DNA of 64,000 bases from positions 94,717,350 through 94,781,349 of the forward strand of contig NC_057718.1 of NCBI RefSeq assembly GCF_004010195.1, given 5' to 3'. Under the pieces are notes generated by a model. It did no database searches and was not told where the DNA came from. It worked only from the letters and a program-made list of their open reading frames with translations. The position numbers and the translations under genes were made by a program. Source of the stretch: Chiloscyllium plagiosum (lineage: Eukaryota). Positions 39,431 to 52,577 of the stretch are shown here, piece after piece. The stretch's first letter is position 1. Every line of letters starts with the position of its first letter.

Positions 39431-40254
39431 GTGAACATGATATACTGCCTCAACTTATTAAGCAAGCACCAGCCATTTGCTCATTAAATCTAAATTTGGA
39501 TTCTTCCAAGTCAAAGGAATGAAAGAAACATCTTTGTAACTTTAGGACTGTGTTCTTTGTGCCTGGAGTACTAAATATCATCAAACTAATGCTGAAACTG
39601 GGAACTTTAAAGCCAGCACTCAAACAAACAGAGTTGTGTTCTCTGCCAAATATCACATGTACAGCTGTGCATATTCTTTCAAAGCAAGAACAATATACGG
39701 AACTAGGGGAAAAAATAAAATCACACAATGTACTCTGCAATTTTATGGAACAAACAACATTACATTGTGGAGGCTACTGTTCACTGCACAGTCAATAATC
39801 CTTTCAGAAGCTCAATTTTGCAGTGAAAATGTTTAGATCACAAATGAATATGCTTTTCCATCTGTTCCTCCTGCCTCTATGCTGCAACGTTTTTTATTAA
39901 AAGGCTTCAATTCTAAATATATTTAGTGCGAGTCCTCATTGGTGATCAATGGCACTCTTGCAGCTCTATGCCTGGTGTAGAATGTGCACAACCTCTATGC
40001 CTGGTGTAGAATGTCCAACAATAATACCACAAGGCAATCCTCTCCAATTTAAATGGACACAGTGGTTTGCACATCAGAAAGTCATACATATCCCAACATT
40101 AATTGCGGAGGTCCTTTCAGATCAGGGCAGGGCAGAACTTAGATCTACCAGTACATCATTTACGCATTTGTTGCCTCTAATGGGAAGGCAAGTGAATTTG
40201 CTTCCAACTATCTCCATCCTTCCAGTCTTCACCATGATGCTCATTATCATCCTG

Positions 40255-41592
40255 ATATCGAGGCAGCATTAGTGCCACAGAACATTGAGGTCAATGGGGA
40301 ATGATTCCAGAACCTAGTAGAAAGGAAAATGATTGTGATCATTGAAAGACCATCACCTCACACTCAGATATTCTTCAGGGTAGATATTATAATTCACCTC
40401 TGGAACAGGTGGGATTTGAACCTAGGTCTCCTAGCTACAATGTATAGACACTGCCACAATGCTATGAGAGCCCCTCCATTCCTCAGGGGATTGTCCTTGG
40501 TCCAATCATACTTAGGTGTTTCATTAATGACTGTCCATCCTAAGTAAGGCCAGAAGCGGGGGAATTGTTATTCGTTTCATCGAACTCAATTCTATTCTGT
40601 GGCGGAGCCGGTGTTGGACTGTGATGGACAAAGTTAAAAATCACACAACACCAGGTTATAGTCCAAAAGGTTTATTTGGAAGCACTAGCTTTTGGAGCGC
40701 TGCTCCTTCTGATGAAGTTACCTGATGAAGGAGCAGTGCTCTGAAAGCTCGTGCTTCCAAATAAATTTGTTGGACTATAATCTAGTGTTGTGTGAAATTT
40801 AACACAATTCCATTAAAAAGCCTTGAGGTAATGATGAAACCTGCAGCACATGGAGTAACATCAGGAACAACCTATCAGCTGGGGCGGGTAATGGCAAGTA
40901 ATTTTCATGCCAGACACATGCCATACAATGACTATCTCCAACAAGAGAGAATCTAACCATCACCCTTTGACACTCAATAACATTACCATCCCTGGATACC
41001 CCACCCTCAAAATTGTGCAAGTTAATGTTGTGGACCAGTCATATAAACAGTGTGGCAACAAGAGTGGATCTTGTGGAGTTTGAGTAAGTGACTTCCCGAA
41101 TCCCCAAAGCTTGTCCTCCATCTGTAAGACACAGTGAGAAGTCTGCTTGAATACGCTCCATTTGCAGCTCCAACAACACTTAAGAAACTCAACATCATCC
41201 AGGTTAAAGCAACGTGCTTGGTTGGCACCACATCCACCAACTTCAATATTCACTCCCTTCATCAGCAGTGCACAGTGGCAGCAGTGTGTACCATCTACAC
41301 TGCAGCAAACACAAAGCTTCTTTTAACAGTACCTTTTAAACCCATGTCTACCATCTAGAAAGACCAAGGGCCTGAAATGCATAGGAACACCACGACTTTC
41401 AGTATCCCTGCAAGCCATATTCCACCTGACTTGGAACAACACATTATTATTCCTTCACTCTCATTGGGATTCCTTTGGTCATAGCACTGTGGGTTTACCT
41501 ACACCCAAGGACTACACTGTAGCAAGAAGGCACCTTCTCCAAAGCAAATGGGGAGAGGCAATAAATGCTGAGCCAGCCAGCAACACCCATGG
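40255..41592 (+). mobile_element. L2/CR1-group LINE RT and 3' end, degraded, with inserts
   Basis: PQGIVLGP..CFIND block; VRSLLEY..IQVKATCLVG..SLHQQCTVAAVCTIY; tail ggcaataaatgctg. The same tail family occurs at 12100-12275, 19940-20095, 49635-49785 and 59325-59460. Confidence 0.75.
40597..40803. mobile_element. Palindromic PLE-derived element family 3 (short)
   Basis: Inverted arms; plus core CTGATGA-A-GGAGCAGTGCTCT-GAAAGCTC at 40722-40750; TSD caatt(ct/cc)att at 40587-40596 and 40805-40814. Confidence 0.85.
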
Positions 41593-42159
41593 TCTACGTA
41601 TCTAGATTTCACCTGTAGTGCTCCTACATTTCAAGCCTCCATGTCTTCAGCCTAAAAGATTCAAGTAATCTAGTTGCACATTTCATTATATATGCACCCA
41701 AATTAATTATGGCTGCATGTTGAGGATTGTTTGCATCTACACATTATTTGGACATTGATTGAAACCTTTTCCTTCTACTCTGTCTGCAGAATACAGTGCC
41801 TAACAAGTAGAACAGGATATTAGCCCTTGTGGAGCAACCAGATGGGAAGCTTTGAGGGTTGCTGTTAGGTCAGAGGTCATGATAGCCCTTTGCCGCTCTA
41901 CCTTCTCCACCGTTCACTTATTGACAATAAAGTGGAGATACATTTCAGTCTTCTTCCATTTAATGAATTGCACATTGACGGCATCATTATAAATTCTTTT
42001 CATCTTCTCTAACTCCATTTGTGACATGATACAGGGTTTCATTGTTATGAGGGTGCCTTAGCCATCTCACTCAGCTATAGCCAAGTTGACAGACCGCTTG
42101 GCAGCAGAAATGTGTTTGGAACAGCCATAGATGGTATCAACTCTCAGGATAGTAACACA

Positions 42160-43840
42160 CAGAGAAAAGGATAGCACTGAAGGAAGCCATTTGGCCCATC
42201 GTGTCTATATCAACTCTTTCACAGAACAATCCAGTTGATCAAGCTCCTCAGATTTTTGTAGTTCCTTTACTCATTCAACACTTACTCATTAACCTTTTGA
42301 AAGCAACTGTTGAACTTTTATTCACCAACAACAAGCAGTAAACCATAACAAATCATTGAATACAATGTTATCTCTCATCCCATGTTTGCCTGTTTTACCA
42401 AATACATGCAATCTGGTGGTCCTCCATTACTATTGGTACTAGCATTCATTCTATCCAAACAATGCTTATAAACACCTCTACCACATCTCCTCATAACCAT
42501 CACTTTCCTCTCTGTTACATCATTAAAGTTAGCAAGTTAGTCAAACACAACATGTCACGTCAGTGCCCGCTCTCCTTTATCACTTCACGTTTTTCCAAAT
42601 GACAGTTTAATCCTGGATTATTATTTCAAAAAGCTTCCCCATCACCGATCTTAAACTGACTGACCTCGTTGTCATATGTATCCATCTCAGCTTAATTGAA
42701 TAGATGTGCGCTGTTTATAAACCTCTTGCCCCTTGGCAGTGCCCCAGCATTGGCAGACTAGTGCAAAAGTTTGACCAGTAACTTGGCAGTTTCAACACCT
42801 GCTTCTCTAAGACATCATCTGGGTCTTGGTGTTTTACCTACTTTAAGTATTGCCAGCTTTTCTACTAGCTCCTCTTTACCTACTTTCTGTTTCACCCTGC
42901 AACTTTTTCATTTAATGGTAGCTTGGCAAAAACGTGTTCCTTATTGAAAAATGATGCAAGATATTCATTTAGCACCTCAGCAATGTTTTGTGCCTCAATT
43001 AGTCCATTCCGAAACTTAATCAGCTCCATTGACCTTTGACATCCCTCATTCTCTTAATATAAACAGGGGACATTTGGATTTCCTTTTAATTTAACCACCA
43101 ATATCCTTACACTGTCACTTTGTCCTTATTACTTACTTTTTCACATTTCCTGTGTTCTTCTTTACATTCTTCCTGAGTCTCCCTCCGGCTGACATCTAGA
43201 ACAGCACCCATTCTCCTGCTTCGTCCTACTCTCCAACCCTTTCATCATCCGGGGAGTTCCAGATTTGGTCTGTTTGCCCCTTGTGGCAAAGTATCTTGAC
43301 TGTACCCAAACCTTCCACTCCTTATAGTGCCCAGCCCACACACTTGTTCCATTATATTTCTGTCTCTGTGGTATACATTCCAATTGCACTGGGTCAGGCC
43401 ATTCAGAAATTCACTGAAAGTAACCCTCCTTCTATTTTCACTCATAATGATTTTTTGACCTTCTCTATCATGAGCTTAACCTTACAGAATTGAGATCACT
43501 ATTCCCAATATGCTCCCCCACCATGACAACGTCCACATGACCCACTTTATTCCCCGGAACTCAATTCAGCTTCTTCATCAAGCAGAAAACATACTCTCAG
43601 AGAATTCTATTCAGCACATTTCAGAAATTCTTTTCTCTCCTGCTCTTAACCCATCTACTATCGATTTAACCTTGGGAAGGTTAATGTCTCTTATTGCCAT
43701 TAACCTACAGCTCCTGCACCCTTCAGTGATTCACTGCCAAGTCTGCCCCTTTGTCAGCTTCGCGTTATTTGGTCTTCATACAATACAGCAGATGTTGTAA
43801 TAGTTCTTTCTTATCATTGTTTCTGAACTCCAAAACAATT
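42160..43840 (-). mobile_element. Highly degraded CR1 ORF2 (endonuclease, linker, RT start) and tail
   Basis: Minus-strand remnants of GNSDHN (~43500), PVSL..VMGKL (~42650) and CLTNL (~42540); CR1-like tail near 42180. Confidence 0.55.
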
Positions 43841-43852
43841 TCTGTCTGTCTT

Positions 43853-44340
43853 TAGTCATAGAGTTATAGAGTCATAGAGATGTACAGCATGGAAACAGAC
43901 CCTTCGGTCCAACCCGTCCATGCCGACCAAATATCCCAACCCAATCTAGTCCCACTTGCCAGCACCCAGTCCATATCCCTCCAAACCCTTCCTATTCATA
44001 TACCCATCCAGATGCCTTGCAAATGTTGCAATTGCAACAGTATCTACCACTTCCTCTAGCAGCTCATTCCATACACGTACCACCCTCTGTGTGAAAAAGT
44101 TGCCCCTTAGGTCTCTTTTATATCTTTCCCCTCTCACCCTAAACCTATGCCCTCTAGTTCTGGACTCCCCCACCCCAGGGTAAAGATTTTGTCTATTTAT
44201 ACTATCCGTGCCCCTTATAATTTTGTAAACCTCTATAAGGTCAACCCTCAGCCTCTGCGCTCCAGGGAAAACAATCCCAGCCTGTCCAGCCTCTCCCTAT
44301 AACTCAAATCCTCCAACCCTGCCAACATCCTTGTAAATGA
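43853..44340 (-). mobile_element. CR1 LINE 3' fragment
   Basis: GESRTRGHRFRVRGERYKRDLRGNFFTQRVVRVWNEL; gagtcata-type terminal repeats. Confidence 0.92.
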
Positions 44341-45344
44341 ACATTTTTCTCTTAGCATGGTAATAAAGCTGCAACCTCTTCCTCCACTTTTTGCTTTCCC
44401 AATATTGCCTGAATTTCCATACCCAGGAATAATAAATATTCAATCCTCTCTATTCCCATTTGGCTCTTTGCATCTGGCACAAATGTATTCCCATCTGTTC
44501 ACGCGTATCTGGGTCCTTCCAAAGTGCCCTGCAACATCTGATCATGCAGAAGGAAGCTTGCAGGGCCAGAGGAGATAGAATTTGTAGAATGCCCATTTCT
44601 AAATTCAGTTGCTCAAAGCTTCCAAGCAACTGTTTATATTGATAACAATAGAGGGATTTGGCCTCCTCACTTCTTGTTTCTACTTGGTTGAAGCAGAAGA
44701 TTAGAAGGCAAACCAATCAATGTTGTACTCCCAGCAGGGTGTTATGTACAAAGAAAACATGAGTCTTTGAAATGGGGCTGCAAATACAGTCATCCTGTCT
44801 TCCAGTTGCATTTACCTCGATCTTCCTCATTAGGAGCACAGATTGTAAATCATCCCTCAGTTTTGAAAGTACATACATCACTATACAGTCACCATGGAAA
44901 CAAACAACAGCTTCTCAAACATATGGCACTTCATTAAAAAATCTGGTTGCATTGACGTCGTTGCGTGTACAAACAGTGCCCTTGGAGAGGTTCAGGAAAT
45001 GGTTTCATCAAAATGGCATATTTTCAAGATTTGTCTACTGCGTCAAAGGTTACAATTAGTCAAGGTGAAAGCAGGACCGTCAACACAGAAGACACATTGC
45101 CATAACAATAAGAGAAAGTGCCAGAACTATCCAGGAGGTCAGGCAGTATCTGTCAAGAGAGGAACAGGGTTTCAGGTTGGGGCATGACCTTCCATCAGAA
45201 ATGGGAAAAATGTTAGAGATGGTTTTGAGCGAGGGGCAAGATGGGACAAGAATAAAGGAAGACCTGCAAGACGGAGGAAATCAGGAGAAATTGAAAGGCA
45301 GAAAGGATGGAGCAAGAAAAGAAATAACGATGCTGCTTGGCCTT

Positions 45345-46069
45345 TTTTTAATTCGTTCACGGCATGTGGGTGTCACTGCCTGGCAGCATTTATTGCTCAT
45401 CCCTAGTGGTCCTTGTGAAGGTGGGGGTGAGCAGCCTTCTTGAACCACTGCAGTCCACCTGCTGTAGGTTGACCCATCATGCCATTTGGGAGGGAATTCC
45501 AGGATTTTGACCCAGCAATAGTAAGGGGATGGCAATATATTTCCAAGTCATGATGGCAAGTGGCTTGGAGGGGAACTTGTAGGGAATGATGTTCCCATTA
45601 TCTCATCCCCTTGTCCTTCTAGATGGAACTGGTTGTGGGTTTGGCAGGTGCTATCTGAGGATCTTTGGTGAATTTCTGCAGTGCATCTTGTAGATAGTAC
45701 ATACAACTGCTACTGAGCATCGCTGGTGGAGGGAATAGATGCTTGTGGATATTGTGCTAATCAAGCGCGTTGTTTTGTCCTGGATGATGTCAAGTTTCGA
45801 GAGTGTTGTTAGAACTGCACCCATCCAGGCAAGAGGGAGTATTCCATCACACTTCTGAATTGTAGATGATGGACAGGCAAGTAGTCTTGATTTGGAGCCT
45901 TACCAGGTTAGCCCCTCATTCTTAGGTATGCCTGATGTTGCTCCTGGCATGCCCTCCTGCACTCTCCATTGAACCAGGGTTGATCCCCTGGCTTGATGGC
46001 AGTGCTTGAGTGGGGGATATGCCAGGCCACGAGGTTACAGATTACGTTGTAATACAATTCTGCTGCTCC
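45345..46069 (-). mobile_element. L2/CR1-group LINE 3' fragment
   Basis: Reverse complement of the family at 40255-41592 (gcatttattgc..cttcttgaaccactgcagtcc). Confidence 0.8.
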
Positions 46070-46169
46070 TTATGAGGGGGGAGTGAGGAAGGGGGGTTGG
46101 GGTTCTTAGGTTGACAGTCAGAGGGTGGGGAGGTAGGCGTCAGGTCATGTCCAATGTGAGAGGTAGTGG

Positions 46170-46771
46170 TTGTTGTGATTCTGTTCGCCGAGCTGGAAGT
46201 TTTTGTTGCAAACGTTTCGTCCCCTGGCTAGGCGACATCATCAGTGCTTGGGAGCCTCCTGCGAAGCGCTTCTTTGATGTTTCCTCCGGTGTTTATAGTG
46301 GTCTGTCCCTGCCGCTTCCGGTTGTCAGTTTCAGCTGTCCGCTGTAGTGGTTGGTATATTGGGTCCAGGTTGATGTGTTTGTTGATGGAGTTTGTGGATG
46401 AATGCCATGCCTCTCGGAATTCATGAATTCGACTGGGACAACACTACTATCATAGGGCAAGCCAGACAGAGAACAGCCAGGGAATTCCTAGAGGCATGGC
46501 ATTCATCCACAAACTCCATCAACAAACACATCGACCTGGACCCAATATACCAACCACTACAGCGGACAGCTGAAACTGACAACCGGAAGCGGCAGGGACA
46601 GACCACTATAAACACCGGAGGAAACATCAAAGAAGCGCTTCGCAGGAGGCTCCCAAGCACTGATGATGTCGCCTAGCCAGGGGACGAAACGTTTGCAACA
46701 AAAACTTCCAGCTCGGCAAACAGAACCACAACAAGGAGCACCCAAGCTACAAATCTTTGCACAAACTTTGA
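46170..46771. mobile_element. Young inverted Penelope/Poseidon-type PLE 3' end (family 4) with two intact hammerhead cores
   Basis: 46170-46422 is inverted to 46482-46734 with about 4 mismatches; encodes HEFDWDNTTIIGQARQRTAREFLEAWH..SINKHIDLDPIY; 14-bp TSD aggtagtggttgtt at 46161-46174 and 46772-46785. Confidence 0.92.
46657..46696 (+). ncRNA. Minimal type I hammerhead ribozyme motif
   Basis: GCA-CTGATGA-T-GTCGCCT-AGCC-AGGGGAC-GAAACGTT-TGC: stem I GCA/TGC, stem II with 6 of 7 pairs, palindromic ACGT in place of stem III; mirror copy at 46247-46208. Activity is not demonstrated. Confidence 0.75.
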
Positions 46772-48635
46772 AGGTAGTGGTTGTTAGGCCAAGTCCATTG
46801 ATGGGGTGGGGTGAAGATGAGGGCATATCGAATGGGTTCCAGGAGCAAGTGGGTCAGGTCCATTTTGGTTGGGCGCTGACATGTGGAAGTCGGTTCAATT
46901 CCTGGGAGCAGAGGGTTTGGGTCAGGTTTGGTGGGATATTAGTGATCTGGATGAGTTACAAATTTGAAATTGGAGAACTCAATGTTGAGTCCTCCGGGCC
47001 CTCACCTCCATCCAGGGCCCCAAACAGTCCTTCCAGGTGAGACAGAAGTTCACCTGCCTCTCCTCCAATCTAGTTTACTGTATCCGGTGCTCCCGATGTG
47101 GTCTTCTCTACATCGAGGAGACCAAATGTAATTGCATTTCACAAAGCAACTCAGCCGGGCCTGCAGGGGCTGACCTGACCTCTCAGTTACCACCCATTTT
47201 AATTCCCCTTCCCACTCCCTTTCTGACATGACCATCCTTGGCATCCTCTATTAGACACAATGAATCAGGCATCAAATTGGAGGAACAATGCCTCATCTTC
47301 CACCTGGCCAGCCTACAGTCCAACATTGAATTCTTCAATTTCAAATAACCTCCTTTCCTATCACCGACTCCCTTCCCAGCCCCTCCTTCTCCCTTTCATT
47401 CCTCTGATCCACCCTTCCTTCCAGCTACCAACCGGATTCATTCCTCCCATCAGCCAACCAGGTCGTACCCTGTGCTCACCTATCCCCACTTCACCACCCT
47501 TCCTCCCCCATCTCTTTTACATGCAGCTCCCCTTAACCTACCCCCAGTCCTAAAGAAGGGTTATACCCAAAACGTCGACTTCCCCACCTCCTGATGTTGT
47601 CTGGACTGCTGTGTTCTTCCAGCCTCCTGCTTGTCTACATCAGTAGAAGAGTTTTGTAGTCTATGAAGCTTCCAAGCCAGGAGAATTCAGATCGAAGTCC
47701 TCAAGCTGTTAGAATGGAGAAGTTTTAGGCCAGCAAAATTGCAAACAAGTTATTGATTTCAGACTTGAAAAAGAATCATAAAGTTGCCTGTCCAGTTGAA
47801 GGAAGAGAAACTGGAGACTATTAGTTCAGCAAGTTTCAAAACATAAAGTTGAAGTAATATCTCTTTGAAATTGAGTCCCTGTAACAAATGGTATTAGGAA
47901 ATAGATTAAAACTTAGTTTTCAGGTTATGTGCGTGTGTGTTGGCGAACATCTGCTGGTTCATGTGGATATGTTCTAGTGTCTAACATCATGTTGACCACA
48001 GACAAAAAGATTAAATGTATGATCTTTTAAGCCTGGTTTCATCCTGGGACATCAGTTGTCCAATATTATCATGAACTGGAACAATAGTAAATGCAACTGA
48101 GTACCATGGTTGCAAAATCTAGCCTCTAATAAAATTGGGATAGCAACTGGATAAAGACCAAAACAAATATATTAAAACAACCTGGTGCAGAATGTAAAAG
48201 AAAGAGACTACAAGTCAAATCCAGTTCAGAAAGTGGTTGGCACAGGGTATGAAAAATAAAACAGACACAGAGATATGATGAGACAGGCTAATGAAGAACA
48301 AGACAGACAGATTTATTTTCCATTCCAGAAGCAAAAGTTAATGGAGATGAGCCTTGACAGGTTAAGAAGCACTGTTCCAGCCTGTTAATCATTTGAGGTT
48401 TACACTATTAGGTTTTATTTTCAATGTAAACTTGGGTTTAATGATATTGAACATGTTGTAATATTGCAAAGCAACCCTAGTTTGTACATGCAGAAAGATA
48501 TACAGTACTTATTGTCACTAGAGTCACACTTCTAACAAAAAAAGCAGACAACACGCACAGATATAAGAATAATCTCAGACCGGAGAAGACTCACTTGTCC
48601 ACCCAGCTGCAAAGCTAGAAATATCATGTGTGGCC

Positions 48636-50372
48636 ATTGGTCTGCCAAGCATGGAGGAGTTCTCTGTGTAGTTTCTCCATTCTATTTGCAACTTGACATT
48701 CTTACAATGAATGTGTTTCTTGGAGACTGTTACCAGGCTGACAATTCACAGTTTTGAGGTAGCTGACCTGACATTGCTGTAACCAGCACCCGATTGTATT
48801 GATAACAAAGTTGCAGGCACATTAACTAACCTTGAGATCTGAACGAGACAGGAGTGTTTAACTACATCCCCCTGCATATCACCACATGTATAAGAGGAAT
48901 ATTTAATTAAGTCACATCACAACTAATAAATCCAGTCCCCACCCCAGGTGAACATATGTCAGTAATACTCAACCATCAAATGTGATAATGCCCAAGCCCT
49001 TTGTAGATTAGGAGTTATTGTAAACACCACCATATTAATGAATTACAAAAATTCCATGCAAGATCCAATAAGCCTGGTTCCATTCTGGAACCTGATTTTT
49101 TCTGTATCAATTCTGTTCTCACTTCTGTTCCATATCGGCCTGTAAACCAAGAAACTCAATATGCACATGGATGTAACCAAATACACCTATAGAATTCAAA
49201 ATCTCCAAATTTATTTGTTGAATCGAGGTGTAGGGTCTTAAAGATCGAGTGGAGTCAGAAATGTGATGGAAAACCAGGATGAGGACAACTCCAATAATGC
49301 TCAGATATCTCAACACAATCCAGGATAATGCATTCCACACGATCAGCATCCCATCCATATTTTGTGAGGAATAAAAGCTTCCAGATCCAGCTTCAAGACC
49401 CCAGCAACTGCTGCTGAAAGCTAAAACTAAAAAAAGATCCGGGGTCTGTGGAAGCTTGACCCGACCCATTCAGGCTGCTTCTATTGTTCCATCTTGTAAA
49501 CAAAAACAAGGCCTCACAAGCTGTTTACTTTGTTGGCTTTGGAGCAGTTTGCTCGATACCTCTGTCTCAATTTTTCATCATAAAAAAGGATTAAATATAC
49601 ATCTTAAAGCCATAGTATTGTCACAATATGGATGTTCTGGAACTCCCTAACAGTTCTGGAGGTATACCTGCACCGGGTAGGCTTCAGTAGGTAAGAAGGC
49701 AGCTCCTAACAAATTCTCAGGGGCAATTAGGGCTAGGCAGTAAATGCTGGCTTATCCACAATGCTCACATCACATGAAAGAATTTTAAAAATCACGTGGC
49801 TCACTGAACAGACAAATAAGGCTTCATTTCTGTCTTTCATGTCTCTGGCAGTGAAATTGAGTTGGAAAGTAAGTTCAGATTTTTTTTTTTCCCCAGTAAC
49901 ATAAAATATTAAATTGTCATAGTAATTTTTAAAATTCTGTCAGGAAGTGAAGTTCTAACAGTAATTTCCAGTCTTATCATTTCCATTCTAAAAGGATGAA
50001 ACTTTATGATTATCTTGGCATGGAGCTTACTTGGTTTATTACAAGTTCAAAAAAGGCAATTTTCTAGAGTGAAAACAGTGCGACGTGACTTAACTTAAAT
50101 ATTCCTCTTATGCATGAGGTGATATGCAGAGGGATGTCATTGAACACTCCTGTCTAGTTCAGCTCTCAAGGTTAATTAACTTGCCTGCAACTTTGGCATC
50201 AATACAATCGGGTGTTGGTTACAGCACTGCCAGGTCAGCAAGACGATTCTCAAAACTGTGAATTGTCAGGCTGATAACAGTCTCCAAGAAACACACTCTT
50301 TGTAAGAAATGTCAAGTTGCAAATAGAATGTAGAAACTACACGGAGAACTCCTACATGCTCGGCAGACCAAT
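48636..50372. repeat. Inverted repeat, ~290-bp arms, ~1157-bp spacer, unclassified
   Basis: 48636-48921 versus 50079-50372, about 85% identical by eye. Confidence 0.85.
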
Positions 50373-51414
50373 TTCTACATGCAGTAATGTAAACGTTGAC
50401 ACAATCTCATTTATTTCTTTACAGTAACATAGCTGAAGGATTCAAATGGGTGCTGGCATCGACATTTCAATCCTGCTGTTATATCCTCAATAAACCAAAC
50501 TGCAAATTAAAAGCAATTAATTGTCTATAAAGCACAGTGACACAGTCAATGATCGCAAAATGTACAACATATTTAGCAGTAGACAGTGATGCGATTGTAT
50601 TGTCACTGCACGAGTAACCCAGAAGCCTCAAATTAAAGCTCTGGGGACTGAGTTCAAATCCTGCTATAGTAGACAGTGGAATTCAAAAACAATTGACCTA
50701 AAATTGATTGGTAGTCTCACTAATGTTGGCCATATCATTATTTATCACAAAACACTGTGTTCACTAATGCTTTCCAGAAAAGGAAGTCTGCTGACCTCAT
50801 CTGAACTGATCCCTGTGTGATTCAGACTCATAGCAATATGCTTGACTCTTTCCTGTCCGCTGAAGTGTCCTGTAATCCACTCAGTTCATGGACAATTGGG
50901 GGTGGGCAACCTTGTCAGCAATACTCACATTCCAAGAGAGAATAAGGAGATGAAATGCAAGGGTGTCTTTCCAATAAGCATTAAGTTTCACATAGAACAT
51001 CATCTCAGTGAAAGATGTAGCGTTGTATGTAATAGGAGTCATGGCAAGTATCAGAAGAGCGAATCTCAAAGTGCCCTCAATCACATTGCCCATTGAGAGA
51101 CTGCAATGAAACAAAAGCTGAAATTTAGATGAGGAGTCTGTACAACTCAAAGGAATTTGGCTCCTCTCTCCAATGGGATTTCCATTGGTCTTTTCTACCA
51201 CGTTCATCTGCCTTCCTTCTCGTTCTTAGTGTTTACATCCCTTCACAACCGACTGGTCACTTGGATTCCTATAGTCCCTCCTGCCCTCTGCTCCAAAACA
51301 GACCTTCCCTTTTGTTCTCTTCCTCACCCTGTACCCTTTCACTTGCTCAACCTCTGCCTGTTCCCAGTTCTGAGAAAAGGCCACAGAGTCAATTGGCACT
51401 CTCTTCCATCATCT

Positions 51415-51800
51415 TCATGCATTGAATCCCTTCACCACCAACACACAGTGCGTACCATTTACAAGATATGCTAAAGCAACTCTGACTGCTCCTTCCAACC
51501 CCACAATACCTATCACCCAGAGAGGCAAAGGGCAGAAGATGCATGGGAACACCATCATCCAGAAGGCTCCCCCCTCCATGATTTGGAATGATATCACCAT
51601 GCCCTTCACTGTCGTTGAACTAAAATCCTGGAACTTCCTTCCCAACAGCACAGTGGATGCACCTATACTTTCCCCATCATGACCACCATCATCAGAACAG
51701 TAACCACTCAAGAAGTAACCATCACCCTTTCCCAGGACATTTCAGGATGGGCAATAGATATTAGCTTAGCTAGTGATACTCACACCCCAAGAAGAATGGA
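51415..51800 (+). mobile_element. L2/CR1-group LINE 3' end
   Basis: SLHHQHTVRTIYK block, cctggaacttccttcccaacagc and gggcaata tail. Confidence 0.75.
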
Positions 51801-52577
51801 ATGAAACTGCAGAGTGCTGTCCACTTGGGTAAATATGCTTGCCGCCATATTGTAGACATTTCGCAGTAAGTTGCCAATGGTTATGGAGCACAGAGTCTGG
51901 AGATGACTGATAAAGCTGTGCCATCTGACACTAAAATGTTCCACCCCACCTTAAACATGGAAGCATTTCTGTCAGTGATCACCAAAACGAAGGTGGGTTT
52001 CATTTATATCGTGCCTCCACCATCTTGCAATCCAGTGGAAATGTACCTGCTGTGTCTAATCTAGCAAAAAAAGGCAATTGATGCACATTATTCAGCAAGG
52101 CTGCACAGGAACTGCAGCACAGTGCATGTGTCTCTTTCACAGGGTCACAAGTTTGCTAAAGGTTTGAAGGGTATGCGATTGCAACCATGGGGCCTTTAAT
52201 ACCCTGAATGCAATGCCGTTATGTGCACTGTGCAGTCCTTTCTCCTCCACCTCACCAGAAATGATGGAAAATTGCTAATTGCCAAGATCAATATAATGCA
52301 TTCAGAAGCAAATAGGCAATATCAAACCTTTTCCATATCATTTGTTACAATATAATATTGCATCTAGTTTAGGGGACACTGTTTTAGTGATAGCCAATAG
52401 CAGTTGTTGACGAGCCACAGACATGTACCAACATTAATAGGTGAAGGACAGACTTGGCAAAGGGATACCTTGACAACAAGGCTTTATTGTAAGTAGCAAC
52501 TATAAACCATAGACTTACCATAGACTTATCAGTCCATAGGGCTGCTCTCCCATCACAAAGGTGGTGGTTCAACTACC

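Larger units (their letters stand above)
46070..47640 (+). mobile_element. Neptune-type PLE: GIY-YIG endonuclease fragment and 3' UTR (46996-47640, plus) preceded by an inverted 3' part
   Basis: QSFQVRQKFTCLSSNLVYCIRCSRCGLLYIEETK; a GLNIEFSNFK-type ORF end on minus near 46998-46960 and degraded on plus near 47320-47345; degenerate hammerhead at 47550-47577. Confidence 0.85.

Noticed and set aside
39964..40014. 22-bp direct repeat with a 7-bp spacer (also a 28-bp repeat at 12117-12173)
   Set aside because: Two copies only; simple slippage duplication, not a CRISPR or satellite array.
49119..49469. 116-aa hydrophobic ORF inside the inverted repeat
   Set aside because: No recognisable family or motif and no supporting exon chain; the length is compatible with chance.
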